DNA from: a virus
Virus record (IMG/VR): IMGVR_UViG_3300031578_000001
DNA: 64,000 nucleotides
Reading direction: 5' to 3' (one strand)
The stretch's first letter is position 1; each line of letters begins with the position of its first letter. Positions 19,000 through 29,177 of this stretch are shown here, one piece after another. The notes beneath the pieces were generated by a model that had not been told where the DNA came from, made no database searches, and saw only the letters and a list, made by a program, of their open reading frames with translations. The translations under genes and the position numbers were made by a program.

Positions 19000-19429
19000 C
19001 CTTCATCTCCTCTTCCGGAGGATGGGAGCCCATTTCAGCGAATCTGGCCTTGACCATGTCCTGGAGAATCTTCTTCCTCTTGCTCGGAGGAATCTTGTGC
19101 CAAGGAATCTCGATCGCTCGAGGAGGAATGATCTCGATCTTCTCTCGCATCAGTCGTACGAACTGGTTCACGACATCCTTCGGAGTCACACGATCCACGG
19201 TCCTGCTTTCGAAGAACCACGGAGGGATGACAAATCCGAATGGTTCCTCTGGCGGCGTCAGATAGTGGTAGAAGAGATCCTTTTCGAGACCACGGACCGC
19301 AATGGTCACATAGATGAAGTATCCATAGACCTTCGAGAGAACTTCCTGCTGAAGACCCGCGGTGATTTCGATCTTCGTGATCAGGATGCTCCAGAACTTT
19401 TTCGTTCTAACTTGGTCCGGTTTATCCAT
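18992..19429 (-). CDS. hypothetical protein
   Basis: 145 aa ORF between RNase H and RuvC. Confidence 0.6.
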   Translation of the reverse strand: MDKPDQVRTKKFWSILITKIEITAGLQQEVLSKVYGYFIYVTIAVRGLEKDLFYHYLTPPEEPFGFVIPPWFFESRTVDRVTPKDVVNQFVRLMREKIEIIPPRAIEIPWHKIPPSKRKKILQDMVKARFAEMGSHPPEEEMKDD

Positions 19430-19848
19430 CGGTGCCTCGAGCCTTTAGAAACAGTATCGGCTTTGTTCATGGCGCCCTTCACGAGAGTGAACCTGAAGAA
19501 TTTGATACTCCCAGTTTTCCTCATATCGTCGAGTTCGGTGAGGATCCTTTTTGCGAGACGCTTTGAGGTCTTGGACCTCGTTTTATTGATCTCGTAGAGC
19601 GAGTCGATAACGGATGTTGAGTCCGTATGGAATAGAATCCCGTCGCCCTTCTCGAGGACTCCTGATCTCATAAGGGAAGTAATCAGGTCGATCCCCCAGA
19701 ACACAGCGAGAAACTCTGCCTCCGTAGTAGTACGGCCGGGTTTAGCGGCCGTCCCCAGTCGAATGACTTCCTTGCCATCGTTGAGGACGACCGCTCCCAG
19801 ACCGATGAGCCGTTTTCCTCCGGAGGTGTCGATGTGAACTTCGATCAC
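19381..19848 (-). CDS. RNase H-like protein
   Basis: VHIDTS, TTEAEFLAV, FHTDSTSV, NKAD: D-E-D-D RNase HI pattern. Confidence 0.75.
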   Translation of the reverse strand: MIEVHIDTSGGKRLIGLGAVVLNDGKEVIRLGTAAKPGRTTTEAEFLAVFWGIDLITSLMRSGVLEKGDGILFHTDSTSVIDSLYEINKTRSKTSKRLAKRILTELDDMRKTGSIKFFRFTLVKGAMNKADTVSKGSRHRWINRTKLERKSSGAS

Positions 19849-21284
19849 TTTCCGGACCCTTTCTTATCGGCCTTCTTCACGATCTTCTTCTTGGCCACGG
19901 CCTTCTTCTTCGATCCCTTCTTGGCTATCTTCGCCTCCTCCTCGTAGAGCCAGCACAGGAGACTCTGATTGATGTCGAGGCCCACTGGAAGCGTCTTCTC
20001 GAGTTCCTCCTTCCTGGAATAGTAGGCGGCTTCGCTGACGCCCAGGGAGGGAACGAGGCGAGTGATCTCGGTCTTGACGTCCTTGGATTTCATGACCTTG
20101 ACCTTCTCGACCACGTTACTGGCCGGAGCCTTGGCCTTCGAGACCTTGGCAGCCTTTGGCTTCTCGGGAGCAGGCTCCTCGATCTTGATCTCGGGCGTGA
20201 CCGTGAAGGGTGCCTTGGGCATGAGGGACTGGGCCACCTTGATGGGAAACATCCGGACGAGCTTGACGCCGAGGAATATCAGCGCCTCGGATTCGCTGGA
20301 GGCCACGCAGAACAGCGGATCGCTGGACCCGTCCTTGTAGCCCTGGAAGATGTGGGAGGTGGGAGCCACGCCGATCTTCTGGGCCGTGATGTCATCGGAC
20401 AGTGGCACGAAGATGGCGGCCACTGGAGCAGTGCGCTCGGCCAGCTCCTTGAGTGCCGCGAGTCCTCTTGACTTCCAGAACGCCGCGTCCTTCTTGTCCT
20501 TCAGGTTCGCGTAGTTGCTGGAGAAGTCGATGATCGCCTGGAGATACCACTCGCCCCTGTTGTTCGCAACAAGAGCGGCCTCGGCGATCTCCTCGAACTG
20601 GAGGATGATCGGCATCTCGTAGGCCGCGATCTCGAACTTGACGGTCTTGGTCTCTTTGCTCATGTTGGCCCGATCGGACTCGGCCACGAGCTTCTTGACC
20701 ATGTTCTCCAGTGCCTCAAGGCTCGTGAAGTTCTTATCGCCGGGAGCGGCGATGCAGCGGGCCAGCCACGTCTCGATGTTCCTGGTCGTGATCTTCCCGT
20801 TGACGATGCCCTTACGGATGATCTTGATCTTGGTCCAGGAGAGGCCGCCCAGGCGCTTGATATTCGTCACGCCGACCTCGATGAGTACGCGCCAGTTCTT
20901 CACCAGCTCCGTCGCTTTGGTGTAGGAGATCTGGAGGTGTTCGCGGTAGTAGTCCTTGCGCTCCCAACCATGGGCCACGTGGACCTGCTTCTCCTCGATC
21001 GCGTAGAGCACGGCTGCCAGTTCGGCCTCGTTTTGCGCCTTCGACCGATCCAGCTGAATGGCCCTCTGTTCCAGTTCCGCGGACGTGAGGCTCATCGGAT
21101 CCTTGAAAGGCGTGATGCCGATCTCCTGGAGCTCGATGATCGCGGTTTCCTGATCCGACATCGGCTTGGCATTGACCTCAATGGGTCCATCGGCCTTTAC
21201 CACATCGGCCACCTTTTTCCCCTTTTTCGGTGTCGACTTCTTCGTCGCCTTCCCTGAGCTTTTCCCCGTTGACTTTTTGGCCAT
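19845..21284 (-). CDS. hypothetical protein with Lys-rich termini
   Basis: ATG 21284 with GAGGAG RBS; basic histone-like ends. Confidence 0.7.
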   Translation of the reverse strand: MAKKSTGKSSGKATKKSTPKKGKKVADVVKADGPIEVNAKPMSDQETAIIELQEIGITPFKDPMSLTSAELEQRAIQLDRSKAQNEAELAAVLYAIEEKQVHVAHGWERKDYYREHLQISYTKATELVKNWRVLIEVGVTNIKRLGGLSWTKIKIIRKGIVNGKITTRNIETWLARCIAAPGDKNFTSLEALENMVKKLVAESDRANMSKETKTVKFEIAAYEMPIILQFEEIAEAALVANNRGEWYLQAIIDFSSNYANLKDKKDAAFWKSRGLAALKELAERTAPVAAIFVPLSDDITAQKIGVAPTSHIFQGYKDGSSDPLFCVASSESEALIFLGVKLVRMFPIKVAQSLMPKAPFTVTPEIKIEEPAPEKPKAAKVSKAKAPASNVVEKVKVMKSKDVKTEITRLVPSLGVSEAAYYSRKEELEKTLPVGLDINQSLLCWLYEEEAKIAKKGSKKKAVAKKKIVKKADKKGSGK

Positions 21285-21298
21285 GTCACTCCTCCTCG

Positions 21299-22180
21299 TT
21301 ATGAAGCCTTCGCGGCCCGCTTGGACGGGAAGCACTTCGATCTTCCCCAGCACCGCTTCGCCTTGGACACATCTTTGCTTTTGCATAGCGGCGGGGCGGC
21401 CATGGGATCTTTTGTATCGAGGAGCATGGCGAGAACTCGTGTCTGTTCATCCAGCCATGCTATTGCCCTTGGATCAGGTTTCTTCAGGAACGGCCTGAAG
21501 TCCCAGTCTGTTTTGTTGATGTAGAGAGGCATGATCAATTTGATCCCCCGTGCCCATGCGTAGGAGGACGATTGGATGACGTCCTTAGAGACGGCTTTGT
21601 GGAGATCCTTGAACTGATCCTGCCTCATGGACTTCATCTCGAGGATCGTTTCGTTGTCACGAATGACGAGTTCGCCATCCGTGTTTCCGGTGACCTCGAT
21701 TCCGTTCAAGGTGAAGCTCACTTCAGGTTCGATGTAGATCCATCTGGTATCGAGATCGGCGCACGATACGTCGAGCGTTCCTCCGTTGTCGTAATGGATC
21801 GTGAGTTTCGACGTGCACGGTTCTTTGGGCATGAATCCGTCTTTGCGACTGTCGCAGACGGAACATTTCCAGGAACCCCGGAGGATCCCCATTGGTCCAA
21901 AATACCTGTTCTGCCACCACCAGTGGGTCATCGTCCCGCAGTCGAACATCTTTCGGTCCTTACCGGAAACCTGGATATCCGCGTATCCGGGATCGAGGAG
22001 TTTGAACATGAGTTTTCTGAAGCATGGGGCGAGAAGGTCGGTGACATGGACTCCTGGTCTTCTCTCGTCCGCTGGTTGCTTCGCGAGAAAGGCATTCAGG
22101 TCGCGCCTGAACTGATCGAACGGATCCTCGAATAGGAGGAACCGGTTGAAAGCCCCGATAACTTCGATGATGTTTTCCAC
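21299..22180 (-). CDS. Cas4-like PD-(D/E)XK exonuclease
   Basis: HVTDLLAPCFRK, GTMTH, GNTDG...LEMKS, Q.SSY, C-terminal C...C..C. Confidence 0.75.
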   Translation of the reverse strand: MENIIEVIGAFNRFLLFEDPFDQFRRDLNAFLAKQPADERRPGVHVTDLLAPCFRKLMFKLLDPGYADIQVSGKDRKMFDCGTMTHWWWQNRYFGPMGILRGSWKCSVCDSRKDGFMPKEPCTSKLTIHYDNGGTLDVSCADLDTRWIYIEPEVSFTLNGIEVTGNTDGELVIRDNETILEMKSMRQDQFKDLHKAVSKDVIQSSSYAWARGIKLIMPLYINKTDWDFRPFLKKPDPRAIAWLDEQTRVLAMLLDTKDPMAAPPLCKSKDVSKAKRCWGRSKCFPSKRAAKAS

Positions 22181-22395
22181 TAACCCTCCTGGGAAGATTT
22201 GAGCCTGGAGGCCAGATCGGAGATGCTCATCTCGGCGAGATCGGATCTCTTGATCTGCATGAGTTCCCTTCCGGCGTCGTTGTAGATCTTCACGGTCTCG
22301 GGTGTAATCGTGATCTTCGCGACACAGACCGAGGAGTGGTGGATCGCAAGAATGAAAATTTCATGGATCCCGTCATCGTCTATGCTTTGAGCCAC
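22180..22395 (-). CDS. hypothetical protein
   Basis: short ORF filling the gap; start uncertain. Confidence 0.45.
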   Translation of the reverse strand: MAQSIDDDGIHEIFILAIHHSSVCVAKITITPETVKIYNDAGRELMQIKRSDLAEMSISDLASRLKSSQEG

Positions 22396-23006
22396 TGCTT
22401 GGTTCTCCTGAAGATCTCTACAGCGTCGTCCCTCAACTTCACGTCCTTCTGGTTGTATCCGAGATATTGGGGGTGTACGTTGACGACGACGGGGATCTCA
22501 CCGTACGTGGTTTTGAGGACCGATTGTCGTCCCACCCAGGTCTTAACGAAATTCTCAGGAGATTTCTCCAAGCCCAGGAGCCTCTGTGTAGCCACTTTAC
22601 CAAGGGTCACGATGACTCTCGGTTGGACTACTTCAATCTGCCTGTAGAGGAAGGGGAGACAGTTGGACACTTCCTCCTGAGTCGGCGCTCGGTTTCCCGA
22701 GACAGGATACAGGCGCTTCGGAGGGTGACATTTGAGGATGTTAGCGATGAAGATCCACTCTCTTTTGATTTCGGCATCAGTGAGACATGCCGTCAGAATT
22801 CCGCCTGCATTGCCGACGAACACTCTTCCAGCAATGTCCTCGTCGACTCCTGGAGCCTCACCGACGAGCATCATGCCTGTCGATGCGAGACCGGATCCGA
22901 AGACTCGGGTTCTGGCGAATTCGCTGATGCCGCACTTCGTGCAGGTGACCACGTCGCGGTAGATCTCGAGGAGTTTCTCTTTTTTCGTCATTTTCTCTTC
23001 ATCCAC
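22380..23006 (-). CDS. uracil-DNA glycosylase, family 4 (Fe-S)
   Basis: CTKC, VGEAPG..ED..GRVFVG.AG, NILKCHPP, HPQYL. Confidence 0.92.
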   Translation of the reverse strand: MDEEKMTKKEKLLEIYRDVVTCTKCGISEFARTRVFGSGLASTGMMLVGEAPGVDEDIAGRVFVGNAGGILTACLTDAEIKREWIFIANILKCHPPKRLYPVSGNRAPTQEEVSNCLPFLYRQIEVVQPRVIVTLGKVATQRLLGLEKSPENFVKTWVGRQSVLKTTYGEIPVVVNVHPQYLGYNQKDVKLRDDAVEIFRRTKQWLKA

Positions 23007-23413
23007 ACGGAGATCGGAACTGCGATGAAGGTCCTGCTCGGTATGAACGTCCCCCTCCTCTCGAACCCGAAGACAAAAGCGGGGTCGAGACTATCCTCTT
23101 CAGCGTGCAGGATCAACTTCTCTATGTCGGCGAGCTTGATCGAAATGGACTTTCCTATCGTCCCTTTCGCCTGGATCAGGAGACCTTCGTCCTTCAAGTC
23201 CTCTCGCTCGATGCAGCCAGATCCGGACCCGGATTGCCGGGAACAGGAGAGCATCCACTCGAGAAGATTCTCGAATCGCTCTCCTCTCTCCCGGTTATCC
23301 TTGTTGGTCTTCGATCTCTTCTCCGAGGCTTTCTTTGAGCCAACTCGAGTCCTCTCCCTCTTCTCGATCATCTTCTGCCTCTCCGGATAGATCGACTTCA
23401 CCGGGAGACTCAT
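22988..23413 (-). CDS. Hjc-like PD-(D/E)XK Holliday junction resolvase
   Basis: GERFE...GSGSG...EDL...LIQAK...SI...EKL pattern; start uncertain. Confidence 0.6.
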   Translation of the reverse strand: MSLPVKSIYPERQKMIEKRERTRVGSKKASEKRSKTNKDNRERGERFENLLEWMLSCSRQSGSGSGCIEREDLKDEGLLIQAKGTIGKSISIKLADIEKLILHAEEDSLDPAFVFGFERRGTFIPSRTFIAVPISVWMKRK

Positions 23414-24812
23414 TGACGATTTTTTCGCTTTCTGCGACGAAGGGGTCGAGTCCGAACGGTGAGTATTCATAGTGAGATTTCCTCAGGTGATCCTTGGCGG
23501 TGACAGGGAGCATTTCGCGGAAAATCAGGTATCTCGCGATATATCCAATATCTCTCCTCATCAGGAACGAACGCATCTCAGCCACTTTCTTGAACTCCCT
23601 GCCAAGGACTGTATGGGCGTTCTTAGTTTTACGGTAGTAGCCGAGCGCCTCCAAGTAGGAGAAGAGCCTGTCGTAGTCGTTGGTGTCTCCGGCCGTGAGG
23701 AAGCCGTGCTTGGTTTTGACCGTGTCGAGGTAGAGGCGGTAGCTGCCCTGCCCGAGTGGAGGTCCGGCAGCCTTTCCCTTCTTTGCCTCGAACTTCACGT
23801 CAATAAACCTCGCGGACTTATCCGCACCAACCCTCGACGCTCTGGCATCGAAGTCCGGTGTGGCCGATATGATGCGCATCTCGAGGTCCTGGCTATATTG
23901 GGCCTTCTTTCCGCCCGAAGGACGTCGTGGATCCTGCTTCGGATTCTTCACAGGACCAAGATAGAATTGGTTGGTCCAGATCACTGTCGCTCTGGCATTG
24001 AAGTCCTGCTTGGCCACTATCTGAGCGTTGACGATCTTCTTCAAGCCCTCGGAGGCGAGCCTGGCGAGGGGAGAGATACGTGCCTCCCCTACGCCAGGCC
24101 CAAGGGTCTCCCGAGGAGTGAGCATGGCCAGTGAGTCGAACGTGACGACGTCAACGGCTCCGTGCAGGATGGCGTCTACCGCGAAATCGAACGCGGCGTT
24201 TCCGTCCCTTGGAAGTGCCACCCAGAACGTCTCGTCGTCACTTTTGATGAGGTCGAAACCTTTCTTCTGGATGATGTCGTCCCCGACTCTGACGCCCCAT
24301 CTGCGAGCCCATGGAGGATCGAAGCAATCTTCCACGTCAATGTGGAGTACAACCATGGGACTGTTCTTACCGCATTTGCACGTTACGATCACTTCTCCGG
24401 TCTCCGGAGAAACCCAATCAATGATCGGCATGAAGCATTCGCGGCAGGTGTTCTGGGCGGCGCCAGCAAGGATTAGTGTGGTGACGGTCTTTCCGGTGGA
24501 TTCGTCCCCGATGATGCAGATTCGTTTTCCGAAGGCCGGCTTCAGAACCAGATCGATGTCTACCAGCGGGGTATAGATCCGATTCACGGCGAAGATTTCG
24601 TACTGTTCCGGGGTGACAAGGAAGCTGGATCCTGTGTCCTTGATGAACTGCTGGTTGACTTCCCCCATCGACATCCGGACCCGAGGTTCCGCCTTCTCCT
24701 TATCCTCTCCGGAGGTTTTCTTGGACGTCTTTCTGGGCGCGGATTTCTTCTTGACGGCTTTCTTGGCCGCCGGTTTTCCGGCCTTCTTTTTAGACGTCTT
24801 TTTCCTCGCCAT
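23295..24812 (-). CDS. recA: RecA/UvsX-like recombinase
   Basis: Walker A GDESTGKT, HIDVEDCFDPPWARRWGV, VVTFDSLAML, IWTNQ, GGKKAQY. Confidence 0.85.
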   Translation of the reverse strand: MARKKTSKKKAGKPAAKKAVKKKSAPRKTSKKTSGEDKEKAEPRVRMSMGEVNQQFIKDTGSSFLVTPEQYEIFAVNRIYTPLVDIDLVLKPAFGKRICIIGDESTGKTVTTLILAGAAQNTCRECFMPIIDWVSPETGEVIVTCKCGKNSPMVVLHIDVEDCFDPPWARRWGVRVGDDIIQKKGFDLIKSDDETFWVALPRDGNAAFDFAVDAILHGAVDVVTFDSLAMLTPRETLGPGVGEARISPLARLASEGLKKIVNAQIVAKQDFNARATVIWTNQFYLGPVKNPKQDPRRPSGGKKAQYSQDLEMRIISATPDFDARASRVGADKSARFIDVKFEAKKGKAAGPPLGQGSYRLYLDTVKTKHGFLTAGDTNDYDRLFSYLEALGYYRKTKNAHTVLGREFKKVAEMRSFLMRRDIGYIARYLIFREMLPVTAKDHLRKSHYEYSPFGLDPFVAESEKIVNESPGEVDLSGEAEDDREEGEDSSWLKESLGEEIEDQQG

Positions 24813-24842
24813 ATTCTTCTCCTCGTACCCAGTCACTTGGTA

Positions 24843-25241
24843 CTACGCCTGCGGGGTGCTGGGGAAGCCCGGGATTTGCCCTTGTGCCTGGCCCTGATCG
24901 GGCGTGAAGCCCTGTTGCGGAGCGGCGGCCTGCGGTGCCGTGGCCCAGCAAGGACCGAAACCGGAGCCGATGCTGATTCGGTTCATGGTGTCCTGGATCT
25001 TCACGACCATTCGAGGGAACAGATTGTCGATGTTATCCTCGAAAGGCTTCCCAGTGGGGAGGATGGGGATGTCGATTCCGACCTCGAGGGAGCTGTAATC
25101 CCCGAAGACGCCCGAGAGCTTCTCGCTGATGCGGAATACCATGGGGGCGTGGATCTGGATGACCGTGGGCTGCACTTCAGCGGGCTTGGTGGATTTCTTG
25201 GGTTCCGCCTTCAAGGCGGTTCCGGATTTCTTCTTGGCCAT
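24843..25241 (-). CDS. hypothetical protein with Q/P/G tail
   Basis: ATG 25241 with GGAGG RBS. Confidence 0.65.
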   Translation of the reverse strand: MAKKKSGTALKAEPKKSTKPAEVQPTVIQIHAPMVFRISEKLSGVFGDYSSLEVGIDIPILPTGKPFEDNIDNLFPRMVVKIQDTMNRISIGSGFGPCWATAPQAAAPQQGFTPDQGQAQGQIPGFPSTPQA

Positions 25242-25314
25242 GAGTTCCTCCATGTCTTGTTCGATCTCGAACGATTCCTTGAGAAGAATCTCGTCCGGCT
25301 GTCCAGTCACATGC

Positions 25315-26952
25315 CTAATAGCAATGATGGAGCCGAGCAAGGAGATCCGATGTGTCCCGACAGATGACGATTCCATACCCCTCGTTCCTATAAAACTTGA
25401 GATGACTCTCATGCTGATACCTGAAGGTATCCACCGACTGGATCAGCGGATCGATAATGATCGGCTGTCTCTTCCCCTCACGATATCGGAGCGCACGTCC
25501 GATGGTCTGCTCGACGCGGGTGACCGGCATGGCGAGCAGAGCTGCGTCCTTGTGCGGGGCGTCGATGGCATGTTCGGTATTCTTGTAGGTGGTGAACGTG
25601 AGTCTTGGCTTCAGGCACGGTTCCTTGTTCATGCCTCCGAAGAACAGAGACGCGTCCTCTTCGGGAACGCTCTTGATGATCTGCTCGTACAGGTAGGTGA
25701 GGTGATTCCTGAACTTAGAGAAGATCAGGGCGTGACGTCCGGTCTTCCAGAGTGCGTAGACGATCTGGAGGAGGAATATGTTGTAGGTGACGTCGTTGGC
25801 CAGCCTCTCCCACATTTCGCTGAACAGAATCTTGGATCCGGACCCTTCCCGGTTCTGGCAGATGTCGGTGATCTGGCACATTTTCGAGCATGCCCACTTC
25901 GATATGGGCTTATACATGGCGGTGCAGAAATAGGACGCGTGGTCCTTCTGATCGATTCTTGTGAAAAGCGGTGCGTCAATCTTGAAGACGACCGGATCCA
26001 TCGTTCTCCCCTCGAGGTGAACGATCACGGGACCGAGGCAATCCATGAACACCCATTCGAGACCATCGGCCCGGTCCGGTGTGGCAGTGAGGGAGATCGA
26101 GTATTGGAAGGAGATCCTGAAGATCGTGTCCGCGAACGTAGGGGCCGAGAATTTGTGTGCTTCGTCAACTATGAGCAGAGATGCCTGAAGGGGCTCTTCG
26201 ATGCTCCCGTTCCTGAAGAGCGTCTGAGCCATTACGATAACGATGTCGCCCCTCGTATCCACTTTAGTACGCCCAGTCGCAGGAATGCCCACTTTCTTGC
26301 ATATCTTGCGCTGGTCGGCCGTGGGCATGACGAACGAGATGGACGCGCCAGGAATGAACTTATGAATCGTCTCGGCCCATTGTTCGGCGACGTGTATCTG
26401 ATCGACGAGAACGATGGATCGGTGAGAGCAGACTTTGGCCAAGAACCATGTTCCGACCACAGTTTTCCCACTCCCGCATTTCCCCTGGATCGTGACTCCA
26501 TTCCACTTCTCGAGTGCCTTGACGGCTGCCTCGGTTCCCGCCTTCTGCTCCTCGAGGAGATCTCCTACGAACTTGAACTTGGGTTCTGGTGGCCGGTCTT
26601 GGACCGCGTGGATGATCTTGTCCGACTTAACTGCGAGACCGATGCCGACTCCAGCCGCGTACTTATACTTCGGAACGAGAAGATGCTTACCGATTGTCTT
26701 GTATACCTGGAACGTCGTTTTCTTTCCCGGGGCGGATCTCGATCTTTTTGGATCAGCGGTAAGATCCTTCTCCACCCTTGGCGTGAGTCTTGAGATAGGG
26801 ATTACGGATACGCCGCGGAAAAAGATCTCGTCACGAAACAACGGCAACTGATCTGCTTTCATCTGCCAGGTCCCAGAAGAGCAAAGATGGGAGTCCTGAT
26901 GAACTTCCCCTTCTTTTCCGGATGGAGCCACGTATCGAACGTAGTGCACCAT
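25315..26952 (-). CDS. superfamily II DNA helicase (UvsW/ResIII-like)
   Basis: GKCGSGKT, IVDEAH, LTATPDRADG, QTIGRALR; start uncertain. Confidence 0.9.
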   Translation of the reverse strand: MVHYVRYVAPSGKEGEVHQDSHLCSSGTWQMKADQLPLFRDEIFFRGVSVIPISRLTPRVEKDLTADPKRSRSAPGKKTTFQVYKTIGKHLLVPKYKYAAGVGIGLAVKSDKIIHAVQDRPPEPKFKFVGDLLEEQKAGTEAAVKALEKWNGVTIQGKCGSGKTVVGTWFLAKVCSHRSIVLVDQIHVAEQWAETIHKFIPGASISFVMPTADQRKICKKVGIPATGRTKVDTRGDIVIVMAQTLFRNGSIEEPLQASLLIVDEAHKFSAPTFADTIFRISFQYSISLTATPDRADGLEWVFMDCLGPVIVHLEGRTMDPVVFKIDAPLFTRIDQKDHASYFCTAMYKPISKWACSKMCQITDICQNREGSGSKILFSEMWERLANDVTYNIFLLQIVYALWKTGRHALIFSKFRNHLTYLYEQIIKSVPEEDASLFFGGMNKEPCLKPRLTFTTYKNTEHAIDAPHKDAALLAMPVTRVEQTIGRALRYREGKRQPIIIDPLIQSVDTFRYQHESHLKFYRNEGYGIVICRDTSDLLARLHHCY

Positions 26953-27605
26953 TCGCGGAGTACGTCGAGGTGAGTCTTCTCGTTAGTCACGATCTCGCGC
27001 TTAGCATCTGCGAGCATGTTCTCAATGTCGGCCAGGTTGATTAACCCATCCAAGATGGGATCACGTTCCACGATCTCCCACAAACTATCTGACCTATTGT
27101 TGGAGACATTCTTGTGGTCGCAGGTACGTTCAGTCCTTCTCAAAAACTGGCATTCCACCGGCTTGTTATCGAGCAGGCATCCGTGATCCGCCAGGAACGG
27201 GCACGGAATTCCGACCTTCGCCCAGTCGTATTGAAAGACGTTGGGATCGAAGGGGTTGAAGTTACGAACTCCAGCAGCACGGCACTGATGCTGCCAGACC
27301 TGGTACACACCTTTGGACTGTTCGATCGCGTGAATCTTCGCCGGATAGTTCCTGAACATCTCCCTCGACAGATATTCCAACTCGATGCGACTCGTGATGA
27401 TCGGGATCCGGTAACAGCAGTCCGAGCATCCTGGAGGGCAAGGGAACTTAGGGAATCTGCGGCTGAGCAGGTTCCTGACCTCCTTGAGCACGGATCTGAA
27501 TGCCTTAATCTTCGTGCCGAAGCCGACCTTGTTGTTTCCTATGGTGTTGAGGTGCTTCTGCACCTTGGATTTCAGGGCATCGAAGAACGGGACCTCGTTT
27601 TTCAC
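26859..27605 (-). CDS. YkgJ-like Cys-cluster (CxxxCxxCC) protein
   Basis: CPPGCSDCC...CPFLADHGC...KPVECQ. Confidence 0.7.
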   Translation of the reverse strand: MKNEVPFFDALKSKVQKHLNTIGNNKVGFGTKIKAFRSVLKEVRNLLSRRFPKFPCPPGCSDCCYRIPIITSRIELEYLSREMFRNYPAKIHAIEQSKGVYQVWQHQCRAAGVRNFNPFDPNVFQYDWAKVGIPCPFLADHGCLLDNKPVECQFLRRTERTCDHKNVSNNRSDSLWEIVERDPILDGLINLADIENMLADAKREIVTNEKTHLDVLREWCTTFDTWLHPEKKGKFIRTPIFALLGPGR

Positions 27606-27607
27606 GG

Positions 27608-27862
27608 CTACTCCTCGATTTCAGGGAAGTGAATGTGGGTGCTGATCGCCCGTTCCTGGACTTCCTTCACGAACTTCTCGGCACTCTTGTCGTGCGGAGC
27701 GTCGAAGAAGATGATGATCGCGCTTCCGTCTTCGTCATCCTTGACCAAGGCAAATCCTTCCGGAAGGTTGCCCATGTCGGAGTAGAGTCTCCCATTCAAG
27801 TCGCTATCATCGATTTCGACCATTGACTGCTCCACCCGGGTCATTCTCATTTTGACCTTCAC
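27608..27862 (-). CDS. hypothetical protein
   Basis: GTG 27862 with GAGGAGG RBS. Confidence 0.6.
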   Translation of the reverse strand: MKVKMRMTRVEQSMVEIDDSDLNGRLYSDMGNLPEGFALVKDDEDGSAIIIFFDAPHDKSAEKFVKEVQERAISTHIHFPEIEE

Positions 27863-27884
27863 GGTTCCTCCTCTTTGCAACGGG

Positions 27885-27916
27885 CCAGGAGGGCCGTCGA
27901 TGGACGACCCTCCTGG
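27885..27916 (-). other. 14-bp GC-rich hairpin without U-tract 3' of DUF932-like gene
   Basis: minus strand CCAGGAGGGUCGUC-CAUC-GACGGCCCUCCUGG pairs fully with one G-U. Confidence 0.65.
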
Positions 27917-27932
27917 TTTCCGTCAGTGCACC

Positions 27933-29177
27933 TCAGACCACCTCAACGTCAATTTGCTTCGCGAACATGACCTGCGGCATCCGCAGGACCTGGGACCCGG
28001 CTTCCTCGAGGACCACGGCCTTCTCGTAGTCCTTGTCCTTCAACTCGTGGGCCTGGAAGGTGATGGCCTGGGCCATGGCGAAACGTGTGCGCCCGTGATC
28101 TTGCGTCTCCTCGATGTACTTGGAGAGGATGCCTTTGCTGATCTCATCGCCGAAGGAGAACTTGTCGGAGATGTTCAGGATTGCCTGTTCCGGGTGATCC
28201 ACCGGCCATCCGGCGTTCTCGGCGAACAGGTCGGCGATGGCCTGGAATTTCTCGGCCACCAGGCACGCCTTAATGACGTCCCTCATGCGGGCGAAGAGGG
28301 AGGCGTTCATCTTCCGGATCGTGTCGTGGGACAAGATGTCCATGTCTTTGTACTCGGATCCCACGTGGATCTGGGAAAGTTCTTCCGTCGACACCAGTAG
28401 GTTGGTGCACGAAAAGACCAGGAGAGTGGGCACCACGACCATCTGGGCGAGGCCTACGTCGGAGTTCTTCACTCGGAGGCCGGCACCACAGGGAACACGG
28501 ATCATTTTGTGGCCGTGGCCCTTCTCTGGGAATGAGATCTCGGCCCGCATGTCGGAGAGGGTGAAGTTGAGGTGCATGCGCTCCTCGGACAGGGATCCGT
28601 CGATCTTGACGTCGTCTCGCTTAGCCTTCTCGATCTGGTCGAGGGCTATGCCGGCCACATCGAGGTTGTCGATGATCCGGTAGCCCTTGGACAGGATTGC
28701 CCGGAGAACGCCGTCGCTCCCGTTGGGCTCGAAGGCCCGGACGAGTTGGCGCTGCGTCCCGGGATCCACGCGATTTACCCTGGGTTTGGCCGTCCCGATC
28801 CGGTTGGCGATGTCGCTGTCGTGCATCCAGCGGTTAACCATGTCCGCGGCCAGATCCGGGTACTTGGCGGCCGTGAGCCGCAGGTGGTCGAGAGGGATCC
28901 TGGTGAGGTTCGAGAGATGGGTCAAGGCCACATTGGTAGGCCTGAAGGTTCCGTCGTGTCCGCTGAACGTGAACCCAAAACGGTCCCCTTCTTTTGTCCC
29001 GATGGATTTCGCCTTGAGATCATTGCGGCGGACGATGGTGTCGAATCGCGCCTTGTTCCTCGACTCCAGGGTCTTGGCCAGGTCGCTGATGGAGAGAAGC
29101 TTATTGGTTCTCTCGCCGAAAGGCTGAACGGTCGCTGCCGAGACGTCGAGTCCCGGTACCCCGTTTTTCTTCGCCAT
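27933..29177 (-). CDS. DUF932-like protein
   Basis: RAILSKGYRIIDNLDV, GLRVKNSDVGLA, LLVFSCTNL, HVG motifs. Confidence 0.7.
   Translation of the reverse strand: MAKKNGVPGLDVSAATVQPFGERTNKLLSISDLAKTLESRNKARFDTIVRRNDLKAKSIGTKEGDRFGFTFSGHDGTFRPTNVALTHLSNLTRIPLDHLRLTAAKYPDLAADMVNRWMHDSDIANRIGTAKPRVNRVDPGTQRQLVRAFEPNGSDGVLRAILSKGYRIIDNLDVAGIALDQIEKAKRDDVKIDGSLSEERMHLNFTLSDMRAEISFPEKGHGHKMIRVPCGAGLRVKNSDVGLAQMVVVPTLLVFSCTNLLVSTEELSQIHVGSEYKDMDILSHDTIRKMNASLFARMRDVIKACLVAEKFQAIADLFAENAGWPVDHPEQAILNISDKFSFGDEISKGILSKYIEETQDHGRTRFAMAQAITFQAHELKDKDYEKAVVLEEAGSQVLRMPQVMFAKQIDVEVV

Noticed and set aside
21299-22180. Cas4-like gene as sign of a CRISPR locus
   Set aside because: No repeat-spacer array or other cas genes in the window; stand-alone phage PD-(D/E)XK nucleases are common.
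25129-26793. 554-aa plus-strand ORF opposite the helicase
   Set aside because: Antisense shadow with no recognisable motifs or RBS.
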